DNA from: an uncultured Opitutales bacterium
Lineage (GTDB): Bacteria > Verrucomicrobiota > Verrucomicrobiia > Opitutales > Intestinicryptomonadaceae
Assembly (NCBI GenBank): GCA_934660865.1
Contig: CAKUIA010000002.1
Span: 90,001-122,000, forward strand
Reading direction: 5' to 3'
Length of the DNA: 32,000 nucleotides
Of this stretch, positions 1 through 8,476 are shown piece by piece. The position numbers were made by a program, and so were the translations under genes. How positions within the stretch are numbered: position 1 is the stretch's first letter; each line of letters opens with the position of its first letter. The notes below the pieces were generated by a model, which ran no database searches, was not told where the DNA came from, and worked only from the letters and a program-made list of their open reading frames with translations.

Positions 1-974
1 CACACGGGGTCGCCGCTAAAAAGTTCGTTGTATTCTGGGGTTCTTAAAAAGCGCACCATGCGAAGCTTTATGATAAAGTCGTCCATAATTTCCTGCGCCT
101 GCTCTTCGGTAATTGTGCCGTTTTTAAGGTCGCGCTCGGCGTATATGTCCAAAAAGCTTGTGGTTCTGCCCAGGCTCATCGCCGCCCCGTTTTGGTCTTT
201 AATTGCGGCCAAATACGCGAAGTACACCCACTGCACCGCCTCTTTGAAACTTGCGGCGGGCTTCGAAATGTCGCAGCCGTATTCGGCGGCCATTGCCTTA
301 ATCTGCTTTAGGGCGTTTATCTGCTCGGAAAGCTCCTCCCTTAGGCGTATGGTGTTTTCGTCCATAACCGCGTTGTCCGACTCGGCTTTTTGGACGGTTT
401 TGTCGGCAATCAAAATGTCTATGCCGTATAGGGCAAGGCGGCGGTAGTCGCCTATAATGCGGCCGCGGCCGTAGGCGTCGGGAAGCCCCGTTATAATCGC
501 GCTGTGGCGCGCCGCCTTAATGTCGGGGGTATATGCGTCGAAAACGCCCTGATTGTGCGTTTTTCTGTATTTGGTAAAAATTTCACGAACAAGAGGGTCT
601 TCCTGCAGACCGTATGCCTGGCACGACGACTGCACCATTCTGTAGCCTCCAAAGGGCATAATTGCGCGCTTTAGGGGGGCGTCGGTCTGAAGGCCTACAA
701 TAATTTCGTTTTCTTTGTCGATATAGCCCGCCTTGTGGGAATCTATTTGCGACGGAGTGGAAACATCGGCGGCCAAAAGCCCGTTGTTTTGACGCTCCTT
801 TTCCATAAGGGCAAGCACTTGTTTCCAAATCTTTTCGGTGCGCGAAGTTGCCGCCTTTAAAAACGAGGCGTCGCCCTCGTAGGGCGTATAGTTAAGCTCC
901 ATAAAATCCAAAGTGTTTACGCTGTCGCACCAAGCGCCCTTGCAAAAGCCGTCCCATTGTTTTTGATATTCCAT
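1..974 (-). CDS. pflB: Pyruvate formate-lyase (formate C-acetyltransferase), N-terminal ~324 codons; the gene continues off the left edge
   Basis: Absent from the ORF track because it runs off the window. The reverse complement from ATG at 974 reads MEYQKQWDGFCKGAWCDSVNTLDF...TGLPDAYGRGRIIGDYRRLALYGI...KLRMVRFLRTPEYNELFSGDPV. This is colinear with the N-terminal third of E. coli PflB (GLPDAYGRGRIIGDYRR, RMVRFLRTPEY). The track ORFs 28..447(+) and 583..828(-) are shadow frames of it. Confidence 0.9.
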   Translation of the reverse strand, partial: MEYQKQWDGFCKGAWCDSVNTLDFMELNYTPYEGDASFLKAATSRTEKIWKQVLALMEKERQNNGLLAADVSTPSQIDSHKAGYIDKENEIIVGLQTDAPLKRAIMPFGGYRMVQSSCQAYGLQEDPLVREIFTKYRKTHNQGVFDAYTPDIKAARHSAIITGLPDAYGRGRIIGDYRRLALYGIDILIADKTVQKAESDNAVMDENTIRLREELSEQINALKQIKAMAAEYGCDISKPAASFKEAVQWVYFAYLAAIKDQNGAAMSLGRTTSFLDIYAERDLKNGTITEEQAQEIMDDFIIKLRMVRFLRTPEYNELFSGDPV

Positions 975-1254
975 TTTTTAATCCTGTTCCTAGTTGGGCT
1001 ACAATAATATTGTTAGCAGTTAATATTTACATTCTATAAAACCACTATTGCAACTTTTGCGGACTTTGTAAAATAAAATTAAAGCTTTAAGCGAATATTG
1101 TCGCAACCCGACAACAGCCACATAGTTGCAACTTTCGGGAAATGCGCGCTTTTTAAACGCCGTTTTTTTGCGATATTATGTTAGGCGTAAAACATCGTTT
1201 ACCTTGCAAAATTTATAACTTAAAAATAAACAGTCTCTTAAAACACTATATATT

Positions 1255-2646
1255 ATGAAAATTACCGCAAAAATTTTGGCTATTTTATCGGCTTGCCTTG
1301 CGCTTTGCGCATGCAATTCCTTCAACAAAACTGGCTACGAAACAGTCAGGGTTGCAGCCCCATTCGATATGCCCGATATTGTTCTTGCAGACTTTCCCTC
1401 CAACGACTTTTTTATAACCGACTTCGGCGCAAAAAGCGGCGGTAAAACGGACAACACAAACGCCATTGCAGCGGCAATAGACGCCTGCAGCAAAGCTGGC
1501 GGCGGCAGGGTTGTTGTACCCGCAGGCAAATGGAAAACGGGGCCGATACACTTAAAAAGCAATATAAATTTGTATCTTAGCGACAATTCCGAACTTGTCT
1601 TTTCGGGCAATCCCTCCGACTACCTGCCCGCGGTGCTCTCTTCGTGGGAGGGCATAGAATGCTACAACTATTCGCCGCTTATTTATGCCGTAAACTGCCA
1701 AAACATTGCAATTACGGGCAAGGGCACCCTGCGCGCCGAAATGCAGGTTTGGAAAACGTGGATGGGCCGCCCCCAGGCGCATATAGACGCATTAAGGCAG
1801 CTTTACACCTACTGCTCTACAAACGTTGTCGTAGAAAACCGCCAAATGGCCGTCGGCGAAAACAATCTTCGCCCGCAATTTATACAATTTAACCGCTGCA
1901 AAAACATAAGGCTTGAAAACTTTAAGATTGTAGACAGCCCATTTTGGACAATACATATCTTCCTTTCCGAAAACGGGCTTATACGCAATGTGGATATTAG
2001 GGCGCTAGAGCACAATAACGACGGCGTAGACTTTGAGTGCAGCAAGAACTTTTTGGTTGAAAACTGCACATTTTACCAGGGCGACGACGCCATTGTCATA
2101 AAGTCGCTGCGCAACCACGACGGCTGGAGGGTAGACACCCCATCTAAAAACATTGTGGCGCGAAATTGCACCGTAAAGGCGGGGCACGCACTGCTTGTTA
2201 TTGGCAGCGAACTTTCGGGCGGCGTAAAAAACATATTGGCCGAAAACTGCCAAATTAAAGACAGCCCCGAGGCCAAAACCTGGCGAGTTTTAAGGATAAA
2301 AACAAACGAGCGCCGCGGCGGCTTTGCGGACAATATCTACATACGAAACGTAAGCGTAGACAATGTTTCAGAGGGCGTTGTTTCGATAGAAACCGATGCG
2401 CTTTTTCAATGGAAGGATTTCCCCACCTACGAAACGCGCCTTACAAAAATCGGCAATATATTTGCCGAAAATATTACCTGCAAATCGGCAAGCTACCTTT
2501 GCTATATAGACGGGACCGACAAGCTGCCGCCCGAAAATATTTCGCTTAAAAACATAAAGGTAGACACAATTAAAAAATTCCCATACATGCTTAAAAACTG
2601 CAAAAACCTGAGCGTGGAAAACGTAGGCTACGAAAAAATAAAGTGA
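1255..2646 (+). CDS. Glycoside hydrolase family 28 (polygalacturonase/exo-galacturonosidase-like), probable lipoprotein
   Basis: 463-aa ORF. The N-terminus MKITAKILAILSACLALCAC is signal-peptide/lipobox-like. GH28 signature blocks appear in order: HNNDGVD, QGDDAIVIKS, AGHALLVIGSE, LRIKT. The repetitive N-I/V-x pattern suggests a parallel beta-helix. Confidence 0.8.
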   Translation: MKITAKILAILSACLALCACNSFNKTGYETVRVAAPFDMPDIVLADFPSNDFFITDFGAKSGGKTDNTNAIAAAIDACSKAGGGRVVVPAGKWKTGPIHLKSNINLYLSDNSELVFSGNPSDYLPAVLSSWEGIECYNYSPLIYAVNCQNIAITGKGTLRAEMQVWKTWMGRPQAHIDALRQLYTYCSTNVVVENRQMAVGENNLRPQFIQFNRCKNIRLENFKIVDSPFWTIHIFLSENGLIRNVDIRALEHNNDGVDFECSKNFLVENCTFYQGDDAIVIKSLRNHDGWRVDTPSKNIVARNCTVKAGHALLVIGSELSGGVKNILAENCQIKDSPEAKTWRVLRIKTNERRGGFADNIYIRNVSVDNVSEGVVSIETDALFQWKDFPTYETRLTKIGNIFAENITCKSASYLCYIDGTDKLPPENISLKNIKVDTIKKFPYMLKNCKNLSVENVGYEKIK

Positions 2647-2705
2647 TACATCAAAAAAGAAAATTTTAAAAACCGCCCCTTGGGCAATTCGTAATTTTTA
2701 GGCAT

Positions 2706-2742
2706 AAAAAACGGCAAAGCCCTTTAAACTTTGCCGTTTTTT
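2706..2742. terminator. Bidirectional rho-independent terminator between the convergent GH28 and malic enzyme genes
   Basis: Perfect 9-bp stem acggcaaag (2711-2719) / ctttgccgt (2729-2737), flanked by an A-run (2706-2710) and a T-run (2738-2742). Confidence 0.65.
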
Positions 2743-2761
2743 GTTTGTAGTTGGCAATGCC

Positions 2762-4069
2762 CTATTTAAGCAATTTGGCCAAGCGGTCTTCATAGGCCGC
2801 CCAATCGCTTATGGGCGAGCGGGCTACGCCCGAGTCGATGGCAGCCTTTGCAACCGCCGCCGAAACCTTAACAATAAGCCTCTTGTCGAAAGGCTTGGGC
2901 AAAAAGTATTCCCTGCCGAAAACGAGGTTTTCGCCGTTAAAGATTTTCTTTACGTCTTCGGGCACGGGTTCGTGCGCCAAAGCGGCCAGCGCCTTTACCG
3001 CGGCAATTTTCATTTCCTCGTTAATGCACTTTGCGTGAACGTCTAGCGCGCCCCTGAAAATGTAGGGGAAGCCCAAAACATTGTTTACCTGGTTCGGATA
3101 GTCGGAACGCCCCGTCGCAAAAATTATATCCTTGCGCGTTGCCATTGCCAACTCGTACGAGATTTCGGGCTTGGGGTTTGCCAAAGCAAAAACGATGGGG
3201 TTTTCGTTCATGCTAAGCAGCATTTCGGCCGAAAGCACATCGGCTTTCGAAACGCCCAAAAATACGTCGGCGCCCTTTACGGCTTCCGCCAAGGTTTTTG
3301 CCGAAGTTTCTACCGCAAAGAACTTCTTTTGCGAATTCAGGTCTTGGCGCGAGGTGCTTATAACGCCTTTCGAGTCGCACATAAAAATGTGTTCGCGCTT
3401 TACGCCCAAGGCTATGTACATTTTTGCGCAGCAGGTTGCGGCAGCCCCCGCCCCGCTTACAACAACTTTTACGTCTTCGGCTTTTTTGCCCGCAATTTGC
3501 AGGGCGTTCAACAAGGCGGCTCCCGTTATAATCGAAGTGCCGTGCTGGTCGTCGTGCATAACGGGTATGTCCAGCTCTTCCTTTAGGCGGCGCTCGATTT
3601 CGAAACATTCGGGGGCTTTAATATCCTCCAAATTTATGCCGCCAAAAGTCGGGGCAATGGCCTTTACGGCCGCAACGAATTTGTCGACATCGGTTTCGGC
3701 AACTTCTATGTCGAAAGAATCCAGCCCCGAAAAGATTTTAAAGAGCAAGGCTTTGCCCTCCATTACGGGTTTGCCCGCAAGCGCTCCAATATTGCCAAGA
3801 CCCAAAACGGCGGTGCCGTTCGAAATAACCGCAACAAGGTTGCCCTTGCCCGTGTAAGTGTATGCGTCGTCGGGATTTTTCTGAATTTCCAGACAGGGCT
3901 CGGCCACACCGGGGGTGTAGGCAAGCGACAAATCTTCCTGCGTGGAATGGGGTTTTGTGGGCACAATTTCTATTTTGCCCTTTTTGCCGCAGCTGTGATA
4001 TTGCAAAGCTGCTTCTCTGTTTATTTTAGACATGTTTATGTTTTCCGTTTTCCCTTGCAAAGGAGGCAT
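2762..4069 (-). CDS. NAD(P)-dependent malic enzyme (short form without a phosphotransacetylase-like domain)
   Basis: EAALQYH...[10 protein letters not shown]...[14 protein letters not shown]...[35 protein letters not shown]...[17 protein letters not shown] matches bacterial malic enzymes such as the YtsJ/MaeB N-terminal part. The track ORF opens at GTG 4075. I prefer ATG 4069, which sits 9 nt downstream of a GAGGAGG Shine-Dalgarno (4079-4085, minus strand). ATG 4033 ([10 protein letters not shown]) is an alternative start. Confidence 0.9.
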   Translation of the reverse strand: MPPLQGKTENINMSKINREAALQYHSCGKKGKIEIVPTKPHSTQEDLSLAYTPGVAEPCLEIQKNPDDAYTYTGKGNLVAVISNGTAVLGLGNIGALAGKPVMEGKALLFKIFSGLDSFDIEVAETDVDKFVAAVKAIAPTFGGINLEDIKAPECFEIERRLKEELDIPVMHDDQHGTSIITGAALLNALQIAGKKAEDVKVVVSGAGAAATCCAKMYIALGVKREHIFMCDSKGVISTSRQDLNSQKKFFAVETSAKTLAEAVKGADVFLGVSKADVLSAEMLLSMNENPIVFALANPKPEISYELAMATRKDIIFATGRSDYPNQVNNVLGFPYIFRGALDVHAKCINEEMKIAAVKALAALAHEPVPEDVKKIFNGENLVFGREYFLPKPFDKRLIVKVSAAVAKAAIDSGVARSPISDWAAYEDRLAKLLK

Positions 4070-4216
4070 TTTCACACGCCTCCTCGTTTATATGTAAAAA
4101 TAATCCCTCCATGCTTGCACAAAACAAAAACTTTTCCAAGCGTTTTTATCGCAAAATCCCCCCAAAGCGCACCCCCAACCGCAAATAGCTAAAAAATCAA
4201 CAATTTTGTATATTTT

Positions 4217-4257
4217 GAAAAAACAAAAAAGGCATACTGTCATATGGCGGTATGCCT
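4217..4257 (-). terminator. Rho-independent terminator ending the nitroreductase-DoxX-DUF4405 operon
   Basis: 8-bp stem aggcatac (4230-4237) / gtatgcct (4250-4257). On the minus strand it is followed by TTTTTTGTTTTTT (plus-strand A-run 4218-4230). It lies 24 nt downstream of the stop at 4281. Confidence 0.6.
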
Positions 4258-4280
4258 TAATTTCAACTTTAAAATGTTCT

Positions 4281-4643
4281 TTACCGTGTTTGTTGTTGCA
4301 AGGGAAGGTGGGATGTAGTTGTTGTTTTGGGGAAGAAGCCAAGGCCTAAGATAAGAAGTAGGCCCAGTGCCACAAAGGCAAAAAGTGCGGTTTTGCGTTT
4401 ATGGCAAAGGGCGGTTTTTATAAATTTTGCGTTTAGCAAAAGGTGCAACAAGGTGCTTATTAGCATTACAAAGCCCGCAATCGTGTGCAAAACTTCCCAG
4501 TCGTGCTTGGTTAGCGACATAACCGTTTGCATGCCGGCGCCTCTTACAAAGCTAAACTCCAGCATTATGCCCGTGCCCGCCAAAAAGCAAAAAAGCACAT
4601 ACAAAATTATGTCGTTAATCTTCCTTACCGTATTTGCATTCAT
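4281..4643 (-). CDS. Small polytopic membrane protein, DUF4405-like (possible b-type cytochrome-like His pair)
   Basis: 120-aa ORF with about three hydrophobic helices. His residues sit in or next to the helices (KHDWEVLHTIAGFVMLISTLLHLLLN). Family assignment is from memory of DUF4405 and is tentative. Confidence 0.45.
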   Translation of the reverse strand: MNANTVRKINDIILYVLFCFLAGTGIMLEFSFVRGAGMQTVMSLTKHDWEVLHTIAGFVMLISTLLHLLLNAKFIKTALCHKRKTALFAFVALGLLLILGLGFFPKTTTTSHLPLQQQTR

Positions 4644-4681
4644 ATTTTAAGTAAACGCCGTTTACGCAAATTTTGTTTCGC

Positions 4682-5269
4682 TTAAAAATATAGAACGTAG
4701 GCTAAAATGGCAAAGCCTGCAGCCACTGCCGCAAAACTGCCCGTTGCGGCAAAAAGCCCCGCCCAAGCCGCAACTAACAGGCAAAAGGCAACGCCGACAA
4801 GCACGGTTTTAAGCGCGCATTTTGCCGAGTTTTTGCACGAAAGCCTTTTATATATAACATTGTCTAGCGCAAAAGCACCGCCGCCCGAAATTGTAAGGAA
4901 AGCATACATTGCCAAAAATACGGTAGGCAGTGCCTTAACCGCGCAAAACGGGTCGAAAAAGTGGAACTTTACCGCAACGGCCATATTTGTAAAAAGCATA
5001 AAGGCGGCAAAGCGCGACTGCAAACCCAGCACCATCAGCAGCGAGCAAAATATTTGCTGGAATATGCAAATTATAAGACTTGTTTCGTTGCCGATGCCGA
5101 TTGGGTCGCCGAAAAAGTTTTCCTTTAAAGTTGCGTAGCGCTCAACTTTGCCGATACCGTAGGGCAGCATTGCCAAACCCGAAAATATGCGCAAAAAACC
5201 TATTGCGGAATTTAGGGCGCAATTTTGCGGCGCACTTGAAGCAAAAAACCAGACAATGAGTTTTTTCAT
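4682..5269 (-). CDS. DoxX family membrane protein
   Basis: 195-aa ORF with 4+ TM helices. DoxX-like blocks are LRIFSGLAMLPYGIGKV near the N-terminus and TISGGGAFALDNVI (the GxGxxSLD-type motif). Confidence 0.7.
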   Translation of the reverse strand: MKKLIVWFFASSAPQNCALNSAIGFLRIFSGLAMLPYGIGKVERYATLKENFFGDPIGIGNETSLIICIFQQIFCSLLMVLGLQSRFAAFMLFTNMAVAVKFHFFDPFCAVKALPTVFLAMYAFLTISGGGAFALDNVIYKRLSCKNSAKCALKTVLVGVAFCLLVAAWAGLFAATGSFAAVAAGFAILAYVLYF

Positions 5270-5281
5270 AAAAGCAGCCTT

Positions 5282-5809
5282 CTATTTTACATAAAAAACC
5301 CTGTTGGGCTTGCGCGGGTGTTCGGCGGGATAAGCGCCGTCTACATAGCCTATTGCGCAATGGCCGATGCCCTCGTAGTCGCCTTCTACACCTATTTTTG
5401 CAAGGAAGTCTTTGCCCCATTGGCTTTCGAATTCCTCTTTTGCCCTGTGTATCCAGCAGCTGCCCAAGCCCAGTTTGTGCGCCTGCAGCATAAGGTTGCC
5501 CATAACCAGCGAGCCGTCGTAAACGCGGTTTACGCAGTCTTTTTTTGCAAGAACAATAAGCATTGCGGGCGCGCCGTAGAATGGGTCGAAGCCGTCGGCC
5601 CAGCCGCCAATCTTGCAGTTTATGCGCGAAATTTCGTCCCTAACTTCCCTGTTTATAACTTCAACAATAATAGTGTCTTGCGTGTTTTTGCCGCTTGCGG
5701 CATATAGCCCCGCCTGGATTATCTTGTCCAAATCGGCCTGGCTTACGGCGTCGGGCTTAAATTTTCTTACGCTTCGGCGCGTTTTTATATTTTCAAAAAC
5801 TTCGTCCAT
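5282..5809 (-). CDS. Nitroreductase family (FMN-dependent) oxidoreductase
   Basis: 175 aa. The N-terminus IKTRRSVRKFKPDAVSQADLDKIIQAGLYAASGKNTQ is the canonical nitroreductase RRS(V/I)R(K/R)F motif. It lies 12 nt upstream of the DoxX gene on the same strand. Confidence 0.85.
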   Translation of the reverse strand: MDEVFENIKTRRSVRKFKPDAVSQADLDKIIQAGLYAASGKNTQDTIIVEVINREVRDEISRINCKIGGWADGFDPFYGAPAMLIVLAKKDCVNRVYDGSLVMGNLMLQAHKLGLGSCWIHRAKEEFESQWGKDFLAKIGVEGDYEGIGHCAIGYVDGAYPAEHPRKPNRVFYVK

Positions 5810-5984
5810 AAAACTATCCTTCGGTTAAAAAATTTACGCGGTAAACCCTATTACAAAAGCAGGCTCACCTCAATAAAAAATTTTTTTGCCCATATAATAA
5901 AGCGCGGGAAGCGTACGCAAAAAAACACACTACACACGCGCAAAATGCGCAAAGAACACCCGCAAGACACCACAAGCGGCATAC

Positions 5985-6018
5985 GAAAAAATGCGCAAAA
6001 AAACCGCCTTTTTGCGCA
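5985..6018 (-). terminator. Rho-independent terminator after the small membrane protein gene
   Basis: Stem tgcgcaaaaa (5992-6001) / tttttgcgca (6009-6018). On the minus strand it is followed by T6 (plus-strand A-run 5986-5991). It lies 20 nt downstream of the stop at 6038. Confidence 0.5.
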
Positions 6019-6037
6019 CATAAATTTTCGAAAAGCG

Positions 6038-6265
6038 CTAGTTAAACAGCGCCCTAAACACCAGTGCCGAAATTAAAACGGCAAAAAGCGCGGGAATAAG
6101 CCTAAATACCCCCAGCAGCGAGACAAACACCAAAAATGCGGCAAAGTAGTGTATGCCGAAAACGGCGTCGTTTAACCCCAAAAATTGCAGCGGCAAAAAC
6201 CATACGGCAATGCCCACTACAACGCACAATATAAACGATAATATCTTTTTAGTCGTCTTATTCAT
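6038..6265 (-). CDS. Hypothetical small membrane protein (75 aa, 2-3 TM)
   Basis: An ORF with strongly hydrophobic helices and a dedicated terminator. I recognise no family. Confidence 0.4.
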   Translation of the reverse strand: MNKTTKKILSFILCVVVGIAVWFLPLQFLGLNDAVFGIHYFAAFLVFVSLLGVFRLIPALFAVLISALVFRALFN

Positions 6266-6358
6266 ATCTTTGTCCTGTTAAAAAAAATGCCAATATAGAT
6301 TGTGTAAAATTTTCGGTATAAACCGCGCAAAAGCCCTATATGTTATTGTTTTAGCGCC

Positions 6359-7096
6359 CTACCACTTAATAAACCCGAACTGCTCCAAAATCATTGCGGC
6401 AAAAAACACGCCCAAAGCAACGCAAAGGCTTATCAAAAAGGCGTCGAGCACCTTTGCCGACGGCTTTGTTTTTTCGCGCGCTATTTGCAGCATGTAGTTT
6501 TTGGAAAACATATAAAGGGCAGGCACCGTGCACAGCGCCAAAAAATAGTCTTCTACAATGCCGTATAGATGCGTTTTAGGAACGGCCAAAAGCGACCAGT
6601 GCAAAAGCATCATAGCCAGTATCAAATTTATGTGTTTTTCGAAGCACAATATAAGCCCTACCGAAAACACCGCAACCGAGCACGGCATTATAGGCGCGGT
6701 TATTTCGGGAAAGCTTCTGCCCAAAAATTTTGAAACTATCGGGTATATGAGGGGCCCCAAAAGCAAAACAAGCGAAACTATGTTAAGCGAAACCTTTATT
6801 TCGGGATTTTTCGAAAATATCTTGCACGCCCAAAGCACCGACATAAAGCCCCAAAATACGGCCAATATTTCGCCGTAGCCGCGCGATGGGCAATACAACA
6901 TATAGTATACAATGGCAATCCACGCGCACACAAAGGCCATATACAGCTTCATTAAGGCATACCTTAAATTCGTCTGCTTGGCGAAAAGCGAAAGCGTTAG
7001 GGCCGCTCCCACCGCCACCATGAAAATCTGATACACCCAGGTATCGGTATTATATGCGCCGAGCGTGCGCCAAAAAATTTCTGCTGCATTGTTCAT
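6359..7096 (-). CDS. Polytopic membrane protein, DUF6064-like
   Basis: 245-aa ORF with about 7 hydrophobic segments. The N-terminus FWRTLGAYNTDTWVYQIFMVAVGAAL resembles the F..YN..IWP.Q start I recall for DUF6064 proteins. Its start is 9 nt downstream of the ThrE_2 gene. Confidence 0.5.
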   Translation of the reverse strand: MNNAAEIFWRTLGAYNTDTWVYQIFMVAVGAALTLSLFAKQTNLRYALMKLYMAFVCAWIAIVYYMLYCPSRGYGEILAVFWGFMSVLWACKIFSKNPEIKVSLNIVSLVLLLGPLIYPIVSKFLGRSFPEITAPIMPCSVAVFSVGLILCFEKHINLILAMMLLHWSLLAVPKTHLYGIVEDYFLALCTVPALYMFSKNYMLQIAREKTKPSAKVLDAFLISLCVALGVFFAAMILEQFGFIKW

Positions 7097-7105
7097 TGTA
7101 TGAAA

Positions 7106-7633
7106 CTACCTTGTTTTTTCGTGCTTTTTGTCCGCAAAAGTTGCCGCCGCCTTTTGCCTTGAAAGCGTATGCGACTTGTTTTTAAAGATAAGCGACGGCA
7201 GCGCCGCCCCCGCCACCATAAGGGCCACAACCGTAACCGAAACCGTTGCGTTCAGGAAAAAACTTTGCATGTAGCCTGCGCTTTTTTGCACGTCGCTTAA
7301 AGTCTGCAAAAACATTATAAGCGAAAACACCGTTTTATACGCATATATGCCGGGTATCATGGGCAAAAGGGCGGGAATGTATAAAATGGTGGCGGGCACT
7401 CGCATTTGCCTTGCAAGCACCAAACTTATAAAACCTATTGCCATTGCCCCCAAAAACGACGCCGTTGCAATGTCGCAATTAAAGTGCATTAGCACAAACC
7501 TTAGCGAATGTCCTATTGCCGCCAAAACGGCTATGCGCGAAAACGCGCGCACGGGCGGGTCGGAAATCGCGCCGAAGCCCATTGCTGCCACCGCGGCAAA
7601 AATGCAGTCTTGAACTATCGCAAAAAAGCTCAC
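7106..7633 (-). CDS. Threonine/serine exporter family protein, small subunit (ThrE_2/DUF3815-type)
   Basis: The track ORF 7106..7855 has an Arg-rich 74-codon N-terminus that overlaps the upstream gene. GTG at 7633 overlaps the upstream TGA (GTGA) and gives VSFFAIVQDCIFAAVAAMGFGAISDPP..., the usual start of the 150-175 aa ThrE_2 partner. Confidence 0.75.
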   Translation of the reverse strand: MSFFAIVQDCIFAAVAAMGFGAISDPPVRAFSRIAVLAAIGHSLRFVLMHFNCDIATASFLGAMAIGFISLVLARQMRVPATILYIPALLPMIPGIYAYKTVFSLIMFLQTLSDVQKSAGYMQSFFLNATVSVTVVALMVAGAALPSLIFKNKSHTLSRQKAAATFADKKHEKTR

Positions 7634-8391
7634 ATTAGCACCCCTTTCGCAATAAGCAGGCTTATCGACAGGCCTATTGCTATGCAAATAACCAAAATGC
7701 AAGCCCCTATAAGCCTGCCGCAACCGAACACGGCGTAGCCGTCGAGAATGTCCAAAATGCCGTTTATAAGCAGCACGCCTGGCACCAAAAACAGCACGCT
7801 GGCCGCCACCGCGGTTTCGGCGGTGCAGTCGAAACACAGCGCCGTAGACGCGCAAATGGAGGCCAAAAACGCCGAGATTATGAAAACTATATATTCGTTT
7901 ACGCCCTTTTTCTGCAAAATCTGCTTTATAGAAAAGCCCGCAAGCGTAGAGCTAAAAACTATTGCCATTGCAAGAAAGTCGCCCCCGAAAAGCCTGCAAA
8001 ACGAGGCGTTTGCAAACCCCACCATAAACAGCACAAACAAAGAGTCTATTCTGGGCTTTGCCATAATCTTTTCGTAATCCGCCTTTATTTGGGCAAGCGA
8101 CATATGGTTGTCCAGCGCCTTCCACGAAAGGCAGCACAAGTCGGCGTTTGTTTCGAATGAAATGGGCTTTGCGGGAATTTTTACCACCTTTGTAAGGCAG
8201 ATTTTGTTTTTTTCGTCCTCTATCGAAATTATGACGTTCGAATAGCCCGTCACCAGTTTTATGTCCAAGTCCAAAGCCTTTGCCATGCGCGACGCCGAGC
8301 GCATAACCCTCGACACATACGCGCCGCTTGCAAGCAAACTTGCGGCGTATTTCGAAATAAAATCGGCTTCTTCGTATAAGGGCAGTCCCAT
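7630..8391 (-). CDS. Threonine/serine exporter family protein, large subunit (ThrE/DUF1212-type)
   Basis: 253 aa. It has an N-terminal soluble region (FISKYAASLLASGAYVSRVMRSASRMAKALDLDIKL...) followed by about 5 TM helices, as in two-gene ThrE-family exporters. Confidence 0.8.
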   Translation of the reverse strand: MGLPLYEEADFISKYAASLLASGAYVSRVMRSASRMAKALDLDIKLVTGYSNVIISIEDEKNKICLTKVVKIPAKPISFETNADLCCLSWKALDNHMSLAQIKADYEKIMAKPRIDSLFVLFMVGFANASFCRLFGGDFLAMAIVFSSTLAGFSIKQILQKKGVNEYIVFIISAFLASICASTALCFDCTAETAVAASVLFLVPGVLLINGILDILDGYAVFGCGRLIGACILVICIAIGLSISLLIAKGVLM

Positions 8392-8476
8392 AAAAATCCT
8401 TTGTATGCGGAAATTTTACGGCAAACCGCTTATAAGCTCAATATATAATAATAGCTTTGTTGATAAGTTTAAAAGA

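Noticed and set aside
619-634. A second sigma-54-like motif, TGGCACgacgaCTGCA.
   Set aside because: It lies inside and antisense to the pflB coding sequence with no downstream gene to drive, so it is probably a chance match. It shows that the 10127 hit needs genome-wide background calibration.
3132-3857. A long 241-aa plus-strand ORF. Similar long antisense ORFs occur at 8613..9380(+), 24931..25506(+), 14646..15167(-), 13659..14090(-) and 18160..18597(-).
   Set aside because: Each lies entirely antisense to a gene with strong, colinear family motifs (malic enzyme, LysR, GT8, alkaline phosphatase, CapF). Their translations are low-complexity (Ser/Ala/Phe- or Arg-rich) with no recognisable domains. 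They are shadow ORFs typical of this codon bias.
7634-7855. The 5' extension of ORF 7106..7855, which overlaps the ThrE large-subunit gene by more than 220 nt.
   Set aside because: The extension translates to an Arg/Gly-rich, non-membrane sequence in an alternate frame of a well-supported gene. GTG 7633 gives the expected ThrE_2 N-terminus and a 4-nt coupling overlap.
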